A stretch of 64,000 nucleotides of DNA from Planctomycetota bacterium. GTDB taxonomy: Bacteria; Planctomycetota; PLA2; JAEUHO01. The position numbers and the translations under genes were made by a program. Every line of letters starts with the position of its first letter. The first letter of the stretch is position 1. The notes under the pieces were generated by a model that did no database searches, was not told where the DNA came from, and saw only the letters and a list, made by a program, of their open reading frames with translations. Positions 44,741-54,105 of the stretch are shown here, piece after piece. The DNA is taken from NCBI GenBank assembly GCA_050248855.1, contig JBFWRP010000008.1, positions 96,001 through 160,000 of the forward strand, written 5' to 3'.

Positions 44741-46534
44741 GTGATCCGGCGGGGCTTCGTGGCCGCGTGTCTCCTGGCAGTGGCAGGCCTTGGCGCCTGC
44801 GGCACGTCCGGGCCGGCCCTGCCCGTGGCGATCGGGTTCCCGCAGCCGCCGGTGATCACGATCGCGCCCGGCAGCACGACGATCCACACGCTGACGTGCG
44901 CGATCACGTCGCAGGCCGTGGGCGGCACGACGGTGACGGGGCCCACCTACAACGGGCGCATCCTGGGGCCGACCTTCCGCATGCAGCCCGGCGCCACGGA
45001 CTTCCACGTGAACGTGGTCAACAACCTGCCGCCCAACCCCGCGGTCCAGCGCGGCGGGGCCTTCCCGCACGACCCGCACACCACGAACCTGCACACGCAC
45101 GGCCTCACCGTCGACCCGGGTGGCATCAGCGACAACGTGCATCGCAAGATGGAAGCGGGCACCACGAACGAGGTGCTGGTCCAGCTCGTGCCCGACCATC
45201 CGACCGGGACCTTCTGGTACCACCCGCACAAGCACGGTTCGGTGGCCTACCAGATGATGGGCGGCATGGCTGGCTTCCTGATCCTGGAGGGAGGCCCGGG
45301 GAGCCTCGACGAGGTGCCGGAGATCGCCGCGGCGCGCGACCTCGTGATGGGCTTCCAGACGATCCGCGTGAACACGCAGGGCACGGTGCCCTTCGTCAAC
45401 CCGGCCGCCACCGACTTCAAGCAGCTCCACGCCGCGCTGACGGGTGGCAACGCCTTCATGACGACCAACGGCATCGTTGCGCCGACGCTGAGGATGCAGC
45501 CGGGCGAAGTCGTGCGCTGCCGGATGCTGAACGCGACGCTGGGCGAGACGCTGGCCCTGGCGATCGTGTCCACGGACCAGCAGCGGCTGGCGGGGCTTCC
45601 CCTGTACGTGCTGGCCCACGACGGGTTGACCGTGCCCGAGATGGTCACGATGCCCGTGTTCGGCGACGAGCTGATCCTGGGTGGGGGGAACCGCGCCGAC
45701 GTGCTGATCAAGGCGCCGCTCTACGAGGGCAGCTTCGAGCTGCGCACCTACAACACGAACGCCAACGGAGGCTCGGGGAGCCCCGTCGTGGCCTCGATTT
45801 CGCCGCAGGGCATCGAGCCGGCCATGCGCCAGGCCCGCGTGCTACCGCACCCGCCCAACACGGAAGGGTGGAACTTCCCGATCACGCTCGTGAAGATCAA
45901 GGTCGAGGGCACGGCGAACGACATGCCCCTGCCGCCGAGCCTGCTCCCCGTCCCGCCGGCCATCGACGCCACGGAGACCAACGCGATCTTGGCGGCCACG
46001 CCGAGCAAAACGCGCAACATCCTCTTCGAGCTGTGCGGCCCCGAGAGCTTCGAGACGAACGACTGCGAGGCCTTCGACCTGCTGTTCGGCTACGACACGG
46101 CGGCCTACTGGGGCGGCACGACGTTTGGCAACCGCATGTTCATGCGCGATCTGGACGATCCGGGGCCTGCGTTCACCAAGGAGGCGATGTTCAAGCACGG
46201 CGAGCCGCTGTTCTCGGACATGTACGCCGGGGCCATCGAGGAGTGGACCATCCACAACACCTCGAAGACCGACCATCCCTACCACCAGCACGTGAACCCG
46301 TTCCTGTTGACGCACATCAACGGCGTGCCAGTTCCCGAGCCCGAGTGGCGGGACACCGTGCTCGTGCCCTCCCGGCTCTCGGATTCGATCGCAGGCACCG
46401 TCACGTTGCGCATGCGCTACCACCCCGCCATCACGGGCGTGTTCGTGGCCCATTGCCACATCCTCACGCACGAGGACGTGGGCATGATGCAGGAGCTGCG
46501 CATCCGCCAAGATCCGACGTTGCCGCCCCGGTAG
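44741..46534 (+). CDS. Multicopper oxidase, predicted lipoprotein
   Basis: Lipobox LGAC; all four copper motifs: TNLHTHG, FWYHPHKHG, HPYHQHVNPF, AHCHILTHEDVGMM. Confidence 0.93.
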   Translation: MIRRGFVAACLLAVAGLGACGTSGPALPVAIGFPQPPVITIAPGSTTIHTLTCAITSQAVGGTTVTGPTYNGRILGPTFRMQPGATDFHVNVVNNLPPNPAVQRGGAFPHDPHTTNLHTHGLTVDPGGISDNVHRKMEAGTTNEVLVQLVPDHPTGTFWYHPHKHGSVAYQMMGGMAGFLILEGGPGSLDEVPEIAAARDLVMGFQTIRVNTQGTVPFVNPAATDFKQLHAALTGGNAFMTTNGIVAPTLRMQPGEVVRCRMLNATLGETLALAIVSTDQQRLAGLPLYVLAHDGLTVPEMVTMPVFGDELILGGGNRADVLIKAPLYEGSFELRTYNTNANGGSGSPVVASISPQGIEPAMRQARVLPHPPNTEGWNFPITLVKIKVEGTANDMPLPPSLLPVPPAIDATETNAILAATPSKTRNILFELCGPESFETNDCEAFDLLFGYDTAAYWGGTTFGNRMFMRDLDDPGPAFTKEAMFKHGEPLFSDMYAGAIEEWTIHNTSKTDHPYHQHVNPFLLTHINGVPVPEPEWRDTVLVPSRLSDSIAGTVTLRMRYHPAITGVFVAHCHILTHEDVGMMQELRIRQDPTLPPR

Positions 46535-46800
46535 GCGCAGACAGCAGCGTGGGCCCCCTTGGCAGCGGGGGGAGGCGGCATGGGATCCTGGGCCCTCCAC
46601 CGTATCCGCTCGGGGAACTACGCCCGACAGATGCACCGCTCCCATGCAGCATGCCCAGCCTCTTCGGGAGGTTGATCCATGGCAGGCCGAGCCCCGCGCC
46701 GTCGCAAGAGTCTTCAGGCAGCTTGTCGAGCGTCGAGCCCGTGACGGCCTGACCTGAGCCGAGGCGGCAAGCCTGGGCGGCACGTCGCTCTCGACCCCTC

Positions 46801-47235
46801 ATGGCTGGTCCCAGAGGCTTCGATCCTCGCCCGCGCCCGAGTTCCTCGAGATGTGCCCATCCGATGCGCGGGCCCCGGCGGCGCCGAATGGCATCGGGGC
46901 CGTTCTGGCCAACGGACTCGTCCTCCGCGTGCCAGCTGGCGGAGACCTCGGGCCGGACGCTTCCACCTCTCGATGACGTCGTGGTGTCCGACCGGGCTTG
47001 TCCTCGCTGCCGGGCGACCCTCAAGGAGGCCACCCTGGGCCCCGTTCGGGCCGATCACTGCCTCACATGCCAGGGCGTGTACCTGGATGGAGGCGGGCTC
47101 CACGGCCTGCGGACAGGCGCCGTCCACCGCTCGGCGACAGTGGCCTTGCGCGCGGCGAAGCAGCCGCCGGCCAGTCTTGATCGGGTTGCGGACGGCGTGG
47201 CGGGCATGCTCAAGCTGCTGGTCGCGCTGCCGTAG
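46801..47235 (+). CDS. zf-TFIIB-like zinc-ribbon protein (start uncertain, possibly degenerate)
   Basis: CPRCRATL...ADHCLTCQGVYLDGGGL. Confidence 0.45.
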   Translation: MAGPRGFDPRPRPSSSRCAHPMRGPRRRRMASGPFWPTDSSSACQLAETSGRTLPPLDDVVVSDRACPRCRATLKEATLGPVRADHCLTCQGVYLDGGGLHGLRTGAVHRSATVALRAAKQPPASLDRVADGVAGMLKLLVALP

Positions 47236-47751
47236 GACGAAGAGCGCGCCGTACGCTGGGGCGAGATGAGCAGCGCGACCCCGCCCGCCGACATCGACGC
47301 GTGTCCGCTCTGCGGCGCGGCGAGGATTCCCAGTGCGGTGCGTACGGGATTCGTGACGGAGGCAGGGGCTCCGGCGCGGTGCTCGCGGAGGCCAGTCCGG
47401 CGTGGGTCCGCGTGAGCGGCGAGCCGGTCCCGGAGTGCGGCACCACGTGATGGGCCGCGGCATTGGCAGGCAGGTCGTGCTGTCGCAGCGTAGGGACGTC
47501 CGTTGCGTGGTCTCCCGGTTGGCCTGGGCTTGGCGTACTTGCTCGCGCGCGACCCGGTCTGCGTGCTGCCTTCCGGCGACCTTCACCGCCTGGCAGTGCG
47601 GATGAGCTTGGGCTCTTGAGGCAACGGTCCGAATCCCATACGGGTTTCCCCCGCCCGGTATCTCGCCACGCACTGGCAGGGAGTGGGGGTGATGGAGGCT
47701 GCTCTGGAAACCCGCCAGCGTGCGGCCGGGGCGGAGGCAGAGCACAAGCGC

Positions 47752-50700
47752 TCAGGGGGCGAGGGTGCTGGCGGGACGGACGCCAATGGAGTAGATGCGG
47801 GACCCCGGGTCGGACCGGGCCCGGCGCGCGGAGCACGCGTAGCGGGCGACATTGGGCCATCCCCCGCCACGGTTCACGCGTCCCCCCTTGCCCTGCACGA
47901 CGGGATCCGTCACGGCGTCAGCCGTATACAGACGATACGCGTCGCGACACCACTCCCAGACATTGCCGTGCACGTCGTGCAGGCCGAACTTGTTGGGCGC
48001 GAACGATCCCACGGGCGCATGGACGCCGTACCCGTCGTTGACCTCCATCGTGGCGGGGAACGCTTCGCCGCCGTGGGTCTTGAGCCAAGCGTCGGCAATG
48101 TTGGCGACCCCGCCCAACGCCGCCACGTCCCGCCCCGTGATCCAGGGCGTGTCGGTGCCCGCCCGACACGCGTGCTCCCACTCGGCTTCGGTCGGGAGAA
48201 CGAGGCGGTGGCGCGAGAGCCAGAGGTCGCAGTCCTCCCACGAGACCTGCTCCACGGGGTTGCGCTCCGTGCAGTCCTTCAGGTCGGCCCTCATTCCAGC
48301 CTTCCATGCGCTGGGGTCCAGGCCTCCGGTGAGTGCCTTCCACTGCGCCTGCGTCGCCTCGTGCTTGGCGAGGAAGAAGGGCGAGAGCGACACCTCGTGG
48401 ACGGGCTCTTGGGTCTCCTCGGCGAGGGGATCGTAGTTCGGTCCCTGCGGATCCTTCTTCTGCGCGCCCATGAGGAACGAACCGCCGGGGATGAGCACCA
48501 GCACGATCGCGGCGTCGTCCTTGGGCACGAATTGCTTGGTGGTGTCGTCCCGCGTGGGGACTCGGCCGGACCCCAGGTGGGCGAACTCGAAGAGACCTGA
48601 CTCCGGATCGGGTCCCAGCGGTACGAGGCCGACCTGGCGCGTGATCCGAAGGCCGCCGTACTTGGACGAGGCCGCGATCCCGGCGATGGTCTCGTCCCAC
48701 GCCCTGGCGTGGTCTTCAAGGGATCGCTGCCGGAGGGTCGTCACGAACGCGAAGCGCGCTTCCACGTCGGCCAGGATGCCGCCTTGGTCCTGCGCGTCAC
48801 CGCCGTCCAGGCGGTCGAGACCCGCAAGTAGGGCCACCAGCACCTCGTGCTGCCACTCGGTCTGGGGGTCGGCGAAGGTCCACGATCTCCGCTCGTGCAA
48901 GCCGGCCTCCAGCTGGGCCACCTGGGCCGTGACCTTCCCTTCCTCCTTCTCCAGGGCCGTGCGCTCGTACTCGGCGTTGTCGCCCTGGACCTTCGCCTTC
49001 TCGGCCTCGATCTCCGCCAGCCGCCGCTGCGCGGCTTCGATCGATTGGCGGCCGGCTTCGAGGTCCCGGGCCTTCTCCTCCTCCGAGTAGGGGACGCCCT
49101 CGCGGATCGCCGCGAGGCGCGTGCGGTGCTCGGCGCGGCGCGAGAGCACCGTCTTCGCTCGGGCGACCCAGGCTTCCATCTCGGAGGCCCTCTCCGGCAC
49201 GAGGGGCCACAGGCGGTCCGCCTCGTCAACCAGGTCGGCGACCTCCTTCGAGTCGGCGAGACGCAGCACGTCGTCCAGCGCCCGGGCCTTGTCATCCAAG
49301 GCCGCTTGCGCGGTCCTTTGCATGTGCCGCGCATGGAGCGCGGCGGCCGCGGCGAGCACGGCAAGCACGACGAGCGCACCTGCGGCGGCACGCCTCACGC
49401 GGCGGCCGCGAAGCGCCTGCCCCTCTGCCGCGGCGAGATAGGCGCGTGCGGCAGGATCCAGGTCGAACCCGGCCTGTCGGAGCTGCTTGGCGCCGTCCAG
49501 GTCGCGCCCGCGCCAGTGCTCCCAGCTCTTTGGCCGTCCCGCCTGATCCCATCGGGTGGCCTCCGTCCGGAGTCGGGTCTGGACCCTCAAGAGCTCCGCG
49601 TCGTTCTCGATCAGGCGTCTCGCCCTCTCCCAACGGCGCAGCAGGGCTTCGTGCGCCACCGCGACGACCTCACCCGTCGCGGATCCCTCGGCGACCAGCA
49701 GCCGCGCTGCGAGGAAGGCCTCGACCAGGGACGTGGCCTCGGGTGTCGAGGTGACCAGCCGCTTGGGGGCACGACGCGCGGTCGCCCGGACTTCGGATCC
49801 CTCGGCCACGTCGACCAGCGCCCGAAGCACGCCCGGGAAGGCGGCTCGCGCATCCCGCGAGAGCGTCTCCCAAACCCGGTCCGCCTGCCGTCCGATGGCG
49901 CCTTCCAGGCCCCCCAAGGCGGCGTGTGCGGCAAACGTGAGGCGCCCATCTGCTTGCTTCTCGTGCTCGAGCAGGGTCAGTGCGTACTGCAGGAGGGGAA
50001 GCGCGTCGCGGCCACCAAGGGCTTCGGCGATCAGGACGGTGTCCAACGATCGCCCGAGGGTCTCGTCGTACTCGTATGACAGGGCGGCCAGCTCGGCCGG
50101 TCCACGCACGATCTCGGCAATCTCTTCCGCGTCCGGGGGGAGGAGGTCGTACTGCCCGTCGCCCTCCTTGAGGGCCTTCAGCTCCGGTAGCTCGAGAAGA
50201 GCCGGATAGAAGTCGCTGCGAAGCGTGGCGATGACCCAGACGAGGCCACTGCGTGCCAAGACGCTCACCACGGACGCGAAGGCGCTCCGCTCGGACTCCG
50301 TCACGCCCTGCTGGGTGAACAGCTCCTCGAGCTGGTCGATGAGGAGCACCAGGCGGCCCTTCACGTCCTCGGCCGCGCCGCCTCCTGCGGGCGCCGCCGC
50401 ACGAACCAGGGCCCCGCGTACGTCGTTGACGGCGGCCTTGGGGCTGCTGGCCCAAGCGGCTGCGAGATCGGCTGGCGATCCGTGCGAGGCGATGTCGGGG
50501 AGTGCGCCTTCGCGCACCAGCGCCGAAGCCAGCGCCTCGAGAGGGGTCTGGGCATCGCCGGGCCGCACGACGGCCTGCCGGCAGAAGCCCTCGGCGAGGG
50601 CTTCTTCGGCAACCCACGGCCCCGTCAGTCGTGAGAGCAAGCCGGCACGTGCCAAGGACGACTTGCCCGCACCGCTTGCCCCGAGGATCAGCACGAAGGC

Positions 50701-51438
50701 GCGCCCCGCACGGATCTGGCGTGAGAGGGCTTGGCGCACCTCCTCGACCGCGCGTCGGCGTCCGAAGAAGACGGCGGCGTGCTCGACGTCGAAGGGCTCG
50801 AGTCCCCGGAAGGGCGTCCCGTGCCACGTTCCCGCGCGTGCTCCCCCCGCCAAGCGATCGTTGAGCTCGTCCCGCAGATGTGCCCGCAGCTTCCGCCCGA
50901 ACTCGGAGGGGGCTTGGAAGAGATGGACGGATCCCTTGAAGGACAGGTCCTCGGAGTCCTGGAAGTTCTGCGAGAAGAACCGCTCGACCGCGGACCAGTC
51001 CGAACGGCGGCTCTCGTAGCCGGGATCCGTGACGGCCACGTGGGGAGGATCCACCCTTCGGTACACCAAGATGCTGGGCGCACCGCGCTGCGCGTGCGCG
51101 CCCATCGCATCTGCAAACTCCCACTCCGTGCCTGTGGGTCGGCGTCCGTCGTCGAGCTGGAAGTTCCTGGAAAGCGGCGTCCCCAGGCGCGACCACAGGA
51201 TGAACAGGGCAATGTCGGATTGCGAGGGAGGCGCCCGTCGATCGATCTCCTCCTGGAAGCCTGCCGTCGCCAGGAGCGGCAGCTGCTCCCACAGGATGGG
51301 AATCAAGACCAAGCGCCCTTGGTACTCGGCCTGGAAATCTCGGATCGTGCTCAGCGCAACGTTGCGCTCCTCGGCCACGTCACCGGGGGAGGAAACGAAG
51401 ATCCGTATCCTCTGGATGTCGCTCGATTCAAACGGCAC
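47752..51438 (-). CDS. DUF4062/TIR-like + STAND (nSTAND1-like) NTPase + TM + coiled coil + FGE-sulfatase (SUMF1-like) domain protein
   Basis: RIFVSSPGDVAEER..ILWSRLGTP..TGTEWEF; PFRGLEPF..FFGR, GASGAGKSSL, LLIDQLEELF, LRSDFY, LPLLQYAL, VAHEALLRRW; TM; IPGGSFLMGA, PVEQVSW, LPTEAEWEHACRAG, GLHDVHGNVWEWC, RGGGW. Confidence 0.9.
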   Translation of the reverse strand: MPFESSDIQRIRIFVSSPGDVAEERNVALSTIRDFQAEYQGRLVLIPILWEQLPLLATAGFQEEIDRRAPPSQSDIALFILWSRLGTPLSRNFQLDDGRRPTGTEWEFADAMGAHAQRGAPSILVYRRVDPPHVAVTDPGYESRRSDWSAVERFFSQNFQDSEDLSFKGSVHLFQAPSEFGRKLRAHLRDELNDRLAGGARAGTWHGTPFRGLEPFDVEHAAVFFGRRRAVEEVRQALSRQIRAGRAFVLILGASGAGKSSLARAGLLSRLTGPWVAEEALAEGFCRQAVVRPGDAQTPLEALASALVREGALPDIASHGSPADLAAAWASSPKAAVNDVRGALVRAAAPAGGGAAEDVKGRLVLLIDQLEELFTQQGVTESERSAFASVVSVLARSGLVWVIATLRSDFYPALLELPELKALKEGDGQYDLLPPDAEEIAEIVRGPAELAALSYEYDETLGRSLDTVLIAEALGGRDALPLLQYALTLLEHEKQADGRLTFAAHAALGGLEGAIGRQADRVWETLSRDARAAFPGVLRALVDVAEGSEVRATARRAPKRLVTSTPEATSLVEAFLAARLLVAEGSATGEVVAVAHEALLRRWERARRLIENDAELLRVQTRLRTEATRWDQAGRPKSWEHWRGRDLDGAKQLRQAGFDLDPAARAYLAAAEGQALRGRRVRRAAAGALVVLAVLAAAAALHARHMQRTAQAALDDKARALDDVLRLADSKEVADLVDEADRLWPLVPERASEMEAWVARAKTVLSRRAEHRTRLAAIREGVPYSEEEKARDLEAGRQSIEAAQRRLAEIEAEKAKVQGDNAEYERTALEKEEGKVTAQVAQLEAGLHERRSWTFADPQTEWQHEVLVALLAGLDRLDGGDAQDQGGILADVEARFAFVTTLRQRSLEDHARAWDETIAGIAASSKYGGLRITRQVGLVPLGPDPESGLFEFAHLGSGRVPTRDDTTKQFVPKDDAAIVLVLIPGGSFLMGAQKKDPQGPNYDPLAEETQEPVHEVSLSPFFLAKHEATQAQWKALTGGLDPSAWKAGMRADLKDCTERNPVEQVSWEDCDLWLSRHRLVLPTEAEWEHACRAGTDTPWITGRDVAALGGVANIADAWLKTHGGEAFPATMEVNDGYGVHAPVGSFAPNKFGLHDVHGNVWEWCRDAYRLYTADAVTDPVVQGKGGRVNRGGGWPNVARYACSARRARSDPGSRIYSIGVRPASTLAP

Positions 51439-51556
51439 GGTCGCCCCTGCGGTCCATCGACGTGATCGAGCATCACGTTATGGAATCCGCTCCTCGGGGA
51501 CAAGCGCGGCCTCCCTGATGCGGAGCCCGAGCGACAGGCCCGACGGGATGGGTCCC

Positions 51557-52060
51557 CTGTGCGGGCCGGAGGGCTTCGAGACGAACGACTGCGAGGCCCT
51601 CGACCTCCTGGGCGGCTACGACAGGGCCGCCTACTGGGGCGGCACGACGCTTGGCAACCGGATGTTCATGCGCGACCTGGACGACCCGGGCCCGGCCCTT
51701 GCCAAGGAGGCCCTGTTCGGACACGGGGAGCCGCTGTTCTCGGACATGTACTCGGCGGCCATCGAGGAGTGGACGATCCACAACACCTCGAAGACCGACC
51801 ATCCCTACCACCAGGACGTCAACCCGTTCCTCGTGACCCACATCAACGGCGTGCCGCTCCCCGAACCCGAGTGGCGCGACACGGTGCTCGTGCCGTCCCG
51901 TGTCTCCGACACGGTGGCTGGAACGGTGACCCTGCGCATGCGCTACCACCCCGCCATCACGGGCGTGTTCGTGGCCCATTGCCACATCCTCACGCACGAG
52001 GACGTGGGCATGATGCAGGAGCTGCGCATCCGCCAAGATCCGACGTTGCCGCCCCGGTAG
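51557..52060 (+). pseudogene. Duplicated 3' fragment of the multicopper oxidase (copy of 46031-46534)
   Basis: Collinear at offset 5526; last 128 bp identical by eye, upstream part diverged mostly at synonymous sites; copper-ligand motif HPYHQH changed to HPYHQD; no 5' domains. Confidence 0.9.
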
Positions 52061-52244
52061 CGGGGGCAGGAAGCTCCCCTGAGACCCCGGACCTTGGGGC
52101 GGTACGTACGGGATCGCACCGACGCGGTCGGCGCGCGCGCATGCCTCTTGACGGAGGGGATGGGCGCCATGGGATCCTGCCCTTGCCCGTGAGGTCAAGG
52201 GGCCGGTGACGGGTGCGGAGGCTCGCTGGTGGGGGGGCGCTCGC

Positions 52245-54098
52245 ATGAAGGACATCCACGAGCTGATGGCCAGTGGACGCTGCTTCGCGGCGTACGACCT
52301 GCTCTGCCAGTCGCTGGCGGCTGACGAGCAGGTCACGGCGGAGCTCGAGGTGCAGCGCGGCCGGGTGTTGGAGCGGCTCGGCGACGTGGATGGGGCGGAG
52401 GCGATCCTGCGCGAGAGGGTCGCGGCCGGACATCGCAGCGAGGAGGCACTGGGGCTCCTGGGCGGTCTCCTCAAGCGGCGTGGCTTCGAGGCGGAGGCCG
52501 ATGTCCGCCACGCCTTCCATGACGAAGCGGAGCGGCTCTATCGCGAGGGCCTGGAGGCCCATGCGTCCTACTGGTGTGGCGTCAACGTGGCCCTGCTCGA
52601 GCACTTGCGCGGAGACCACGACGCGGCGCAGGCCACCAGTCAGCGTGTGCTCGCGCGGGTCGATGCGGCCGCGCCGACGACGCACGACGCGTTGGCGCGG
52701 CGCTACCTCCTCGGCACGCGTGCGGAGTGCCTCCTGCTCGCCGGGCGCACGTCCGAGGCGGCCGAGGCCTTCCGCCCGTTCCGTGCGGCGTGCGAGGAGG
52801 CCGGCGCTTGGGAGCAGCTGGCCTCGATGCGGGCGAACGTGAGGCGGATCCGCGTCTCCGAAGATGCCGAAGGCCTCGCGACCATCGAGCAGCTCCTCCG
52901 CGTACCACCCGTCTGGATCGCAGCGGGGCATCGCCTCGACGAGCCGGATCGGCCGAGGCCCCGCTTCCCCAGCGGGATCGTCGATGGCGTGAGGCAGACG
53001 ATCGAGGCGCTCGTGGAGCAGGTGGGTTGCAGTGCCGGCTACTCCTCCCTCGCGGCCGGCACGGACGCGATCTTCCAGCACGTCCTCGCGGAGCGCGGCC
53101 TGCGCCGTGAAGTGGTGCTTCCCTATGACCGCGCGCTGTTCCGCAACCTGAACGTGCTGGGGCAAGACCCCGCGACCTGGGCCTCGACGTTTGACACGCT
53201 GCTGGACACCGCCGATCGGGTACACCAAACCGCCCGGCATGCGTTCGGCTGGGACGCGCTCTGCTACAGCTTGGCCAACGAAGTCGTCCTGGGCCTGGCC
53301 CAGCTGGAGGCCCGGCGGCTGGACACGGAGCTGGTGGGCTTCGCCCTGTTCGACGGCAGGCCCCCCGACGGGCCGGGAGGCACGGCCGACACCCTGGAGC
53401 TGTGGGACACCGCCGGCATCGAGGTGCACGTGGTGGATCCGCAGGGGCTGACGGGTGCGGGCGCGGCACGACACGCCGTGACGCCGCGCGGTCAAGACGT
53501 TCCGTCGTCCCGGGAACGCGGGGTGCCGAACCTGATCGCCGCGTTCCTGTGCGCGGATGCCAAGGGGTTCAGTCGTCTGGAGGAGCGCCAGACGGCGGTC
53601 TTCGTGCAGCAGGTCCTCGGCATCGTGGCCGACGTCCAGGCCGGTTTCGAGGCCGACATCCTGGAGCGCAACACCTGGGGCGACGCCCTCTTCTATGCGT
53701 TCCGCGATGTTGCCAGCTGCGGCGCGTTCGCGCTTGACATGATGGAAGCCCTGGAGGCCCGCCGCGCCGAGCTGCAGGCAGCAGGGCTGCCCGCAGACCT
53801 CGGGTTCCGCGTCGCATTGCACGCGGGGCCCGTGCGGCTGGTCACGGATCCGGTGACGGGCGTGCGACGCGTGGTCGGTACGCAGATCACCTTTGCCGCA
53901 CGCATGGAGCCCGTCGCCCGCGTGGGCCAGATCGTGGCCAGCGACACCTTCGCCGCCCTGTCCGAGGCGCGGGGGTGCCCGGGGCATGAGTGCGTGTACC
54001 TGGGCGTGCACAGCCTCGCGAAGGGGTTTGGAGAAGATGCGCTGTACGGGATCGCTCGCCGGAAGGGAGTAGGATTCCGGGACCGGGCGGCAGGATGA
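52245..54098 (+). CDS. TPR (TPR-S/TRAF-binding-like) + SLOG-like + class III nucleotidyl cyclase protein
   Basis: EEALGLLGGLLKR, YREG..SYWCGVNVALL, LGTRAECLLLAG; AGHRLDEPDRPRPRFP, YSSLAAGTDAIF, VVLPY, FDGRPPDGPGGTAD; FLCADAKGFSRL, NTWGDA, RVALHAGPV, GTQITFAARMEP. Confidence 0.85.
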   Translation: MKDIHELMASGRCFAAYDLLCQSLAADEQVTAELEVQRGRVLERLGDVDGAEAILRERVAAGHRSEEALGLLGGLLKRRGFEAEADVRHAFHDEAERLYREGLEAHASYWCGVNVALLEHLRGDHDAAQATSQRVLARVDAAAPTTHDALARRYLLGTRAECLLLAGRTSEAAEAFRPFRAACEEAGAWEQLASMRANVRRIRVSEDAEGLATIEQLLRVPPVWIAAGHRLDEPDRPRPRFPSGIVDGVRQTIEALVEQVGCSAGYSSLAAGTDAIFQHVLAERGLRREVVLPYDRALFRNLNVLGQDPATWASTFDTLLDTADRVHQTARHAFGWDALCYSLANEVVLGLAQLEARRLDTELVGFALFDGRPPDGPGGTADTLELWDTAGIEVHVVDPQGLTGAGAARHAVTPRGQDVPSSRERGVPNLIAAFLCADAKGFSRLEERQTAVFVQQVLGIVADVQAGFEADILERNTWGDALFYAFRDVASCGAFALDMMEALEARRAELQAAGLPADLGFRVALHAGPVRLVTDPVTGVRRVVGTQITFAARMEPVARVGQIVASDTFAALSEARGCPGHECVYLGVHSLAKGFGEDALYGIARRKGVGFRDRAAG

Positions 54099-54105
54099 GG
54101 GGCCC

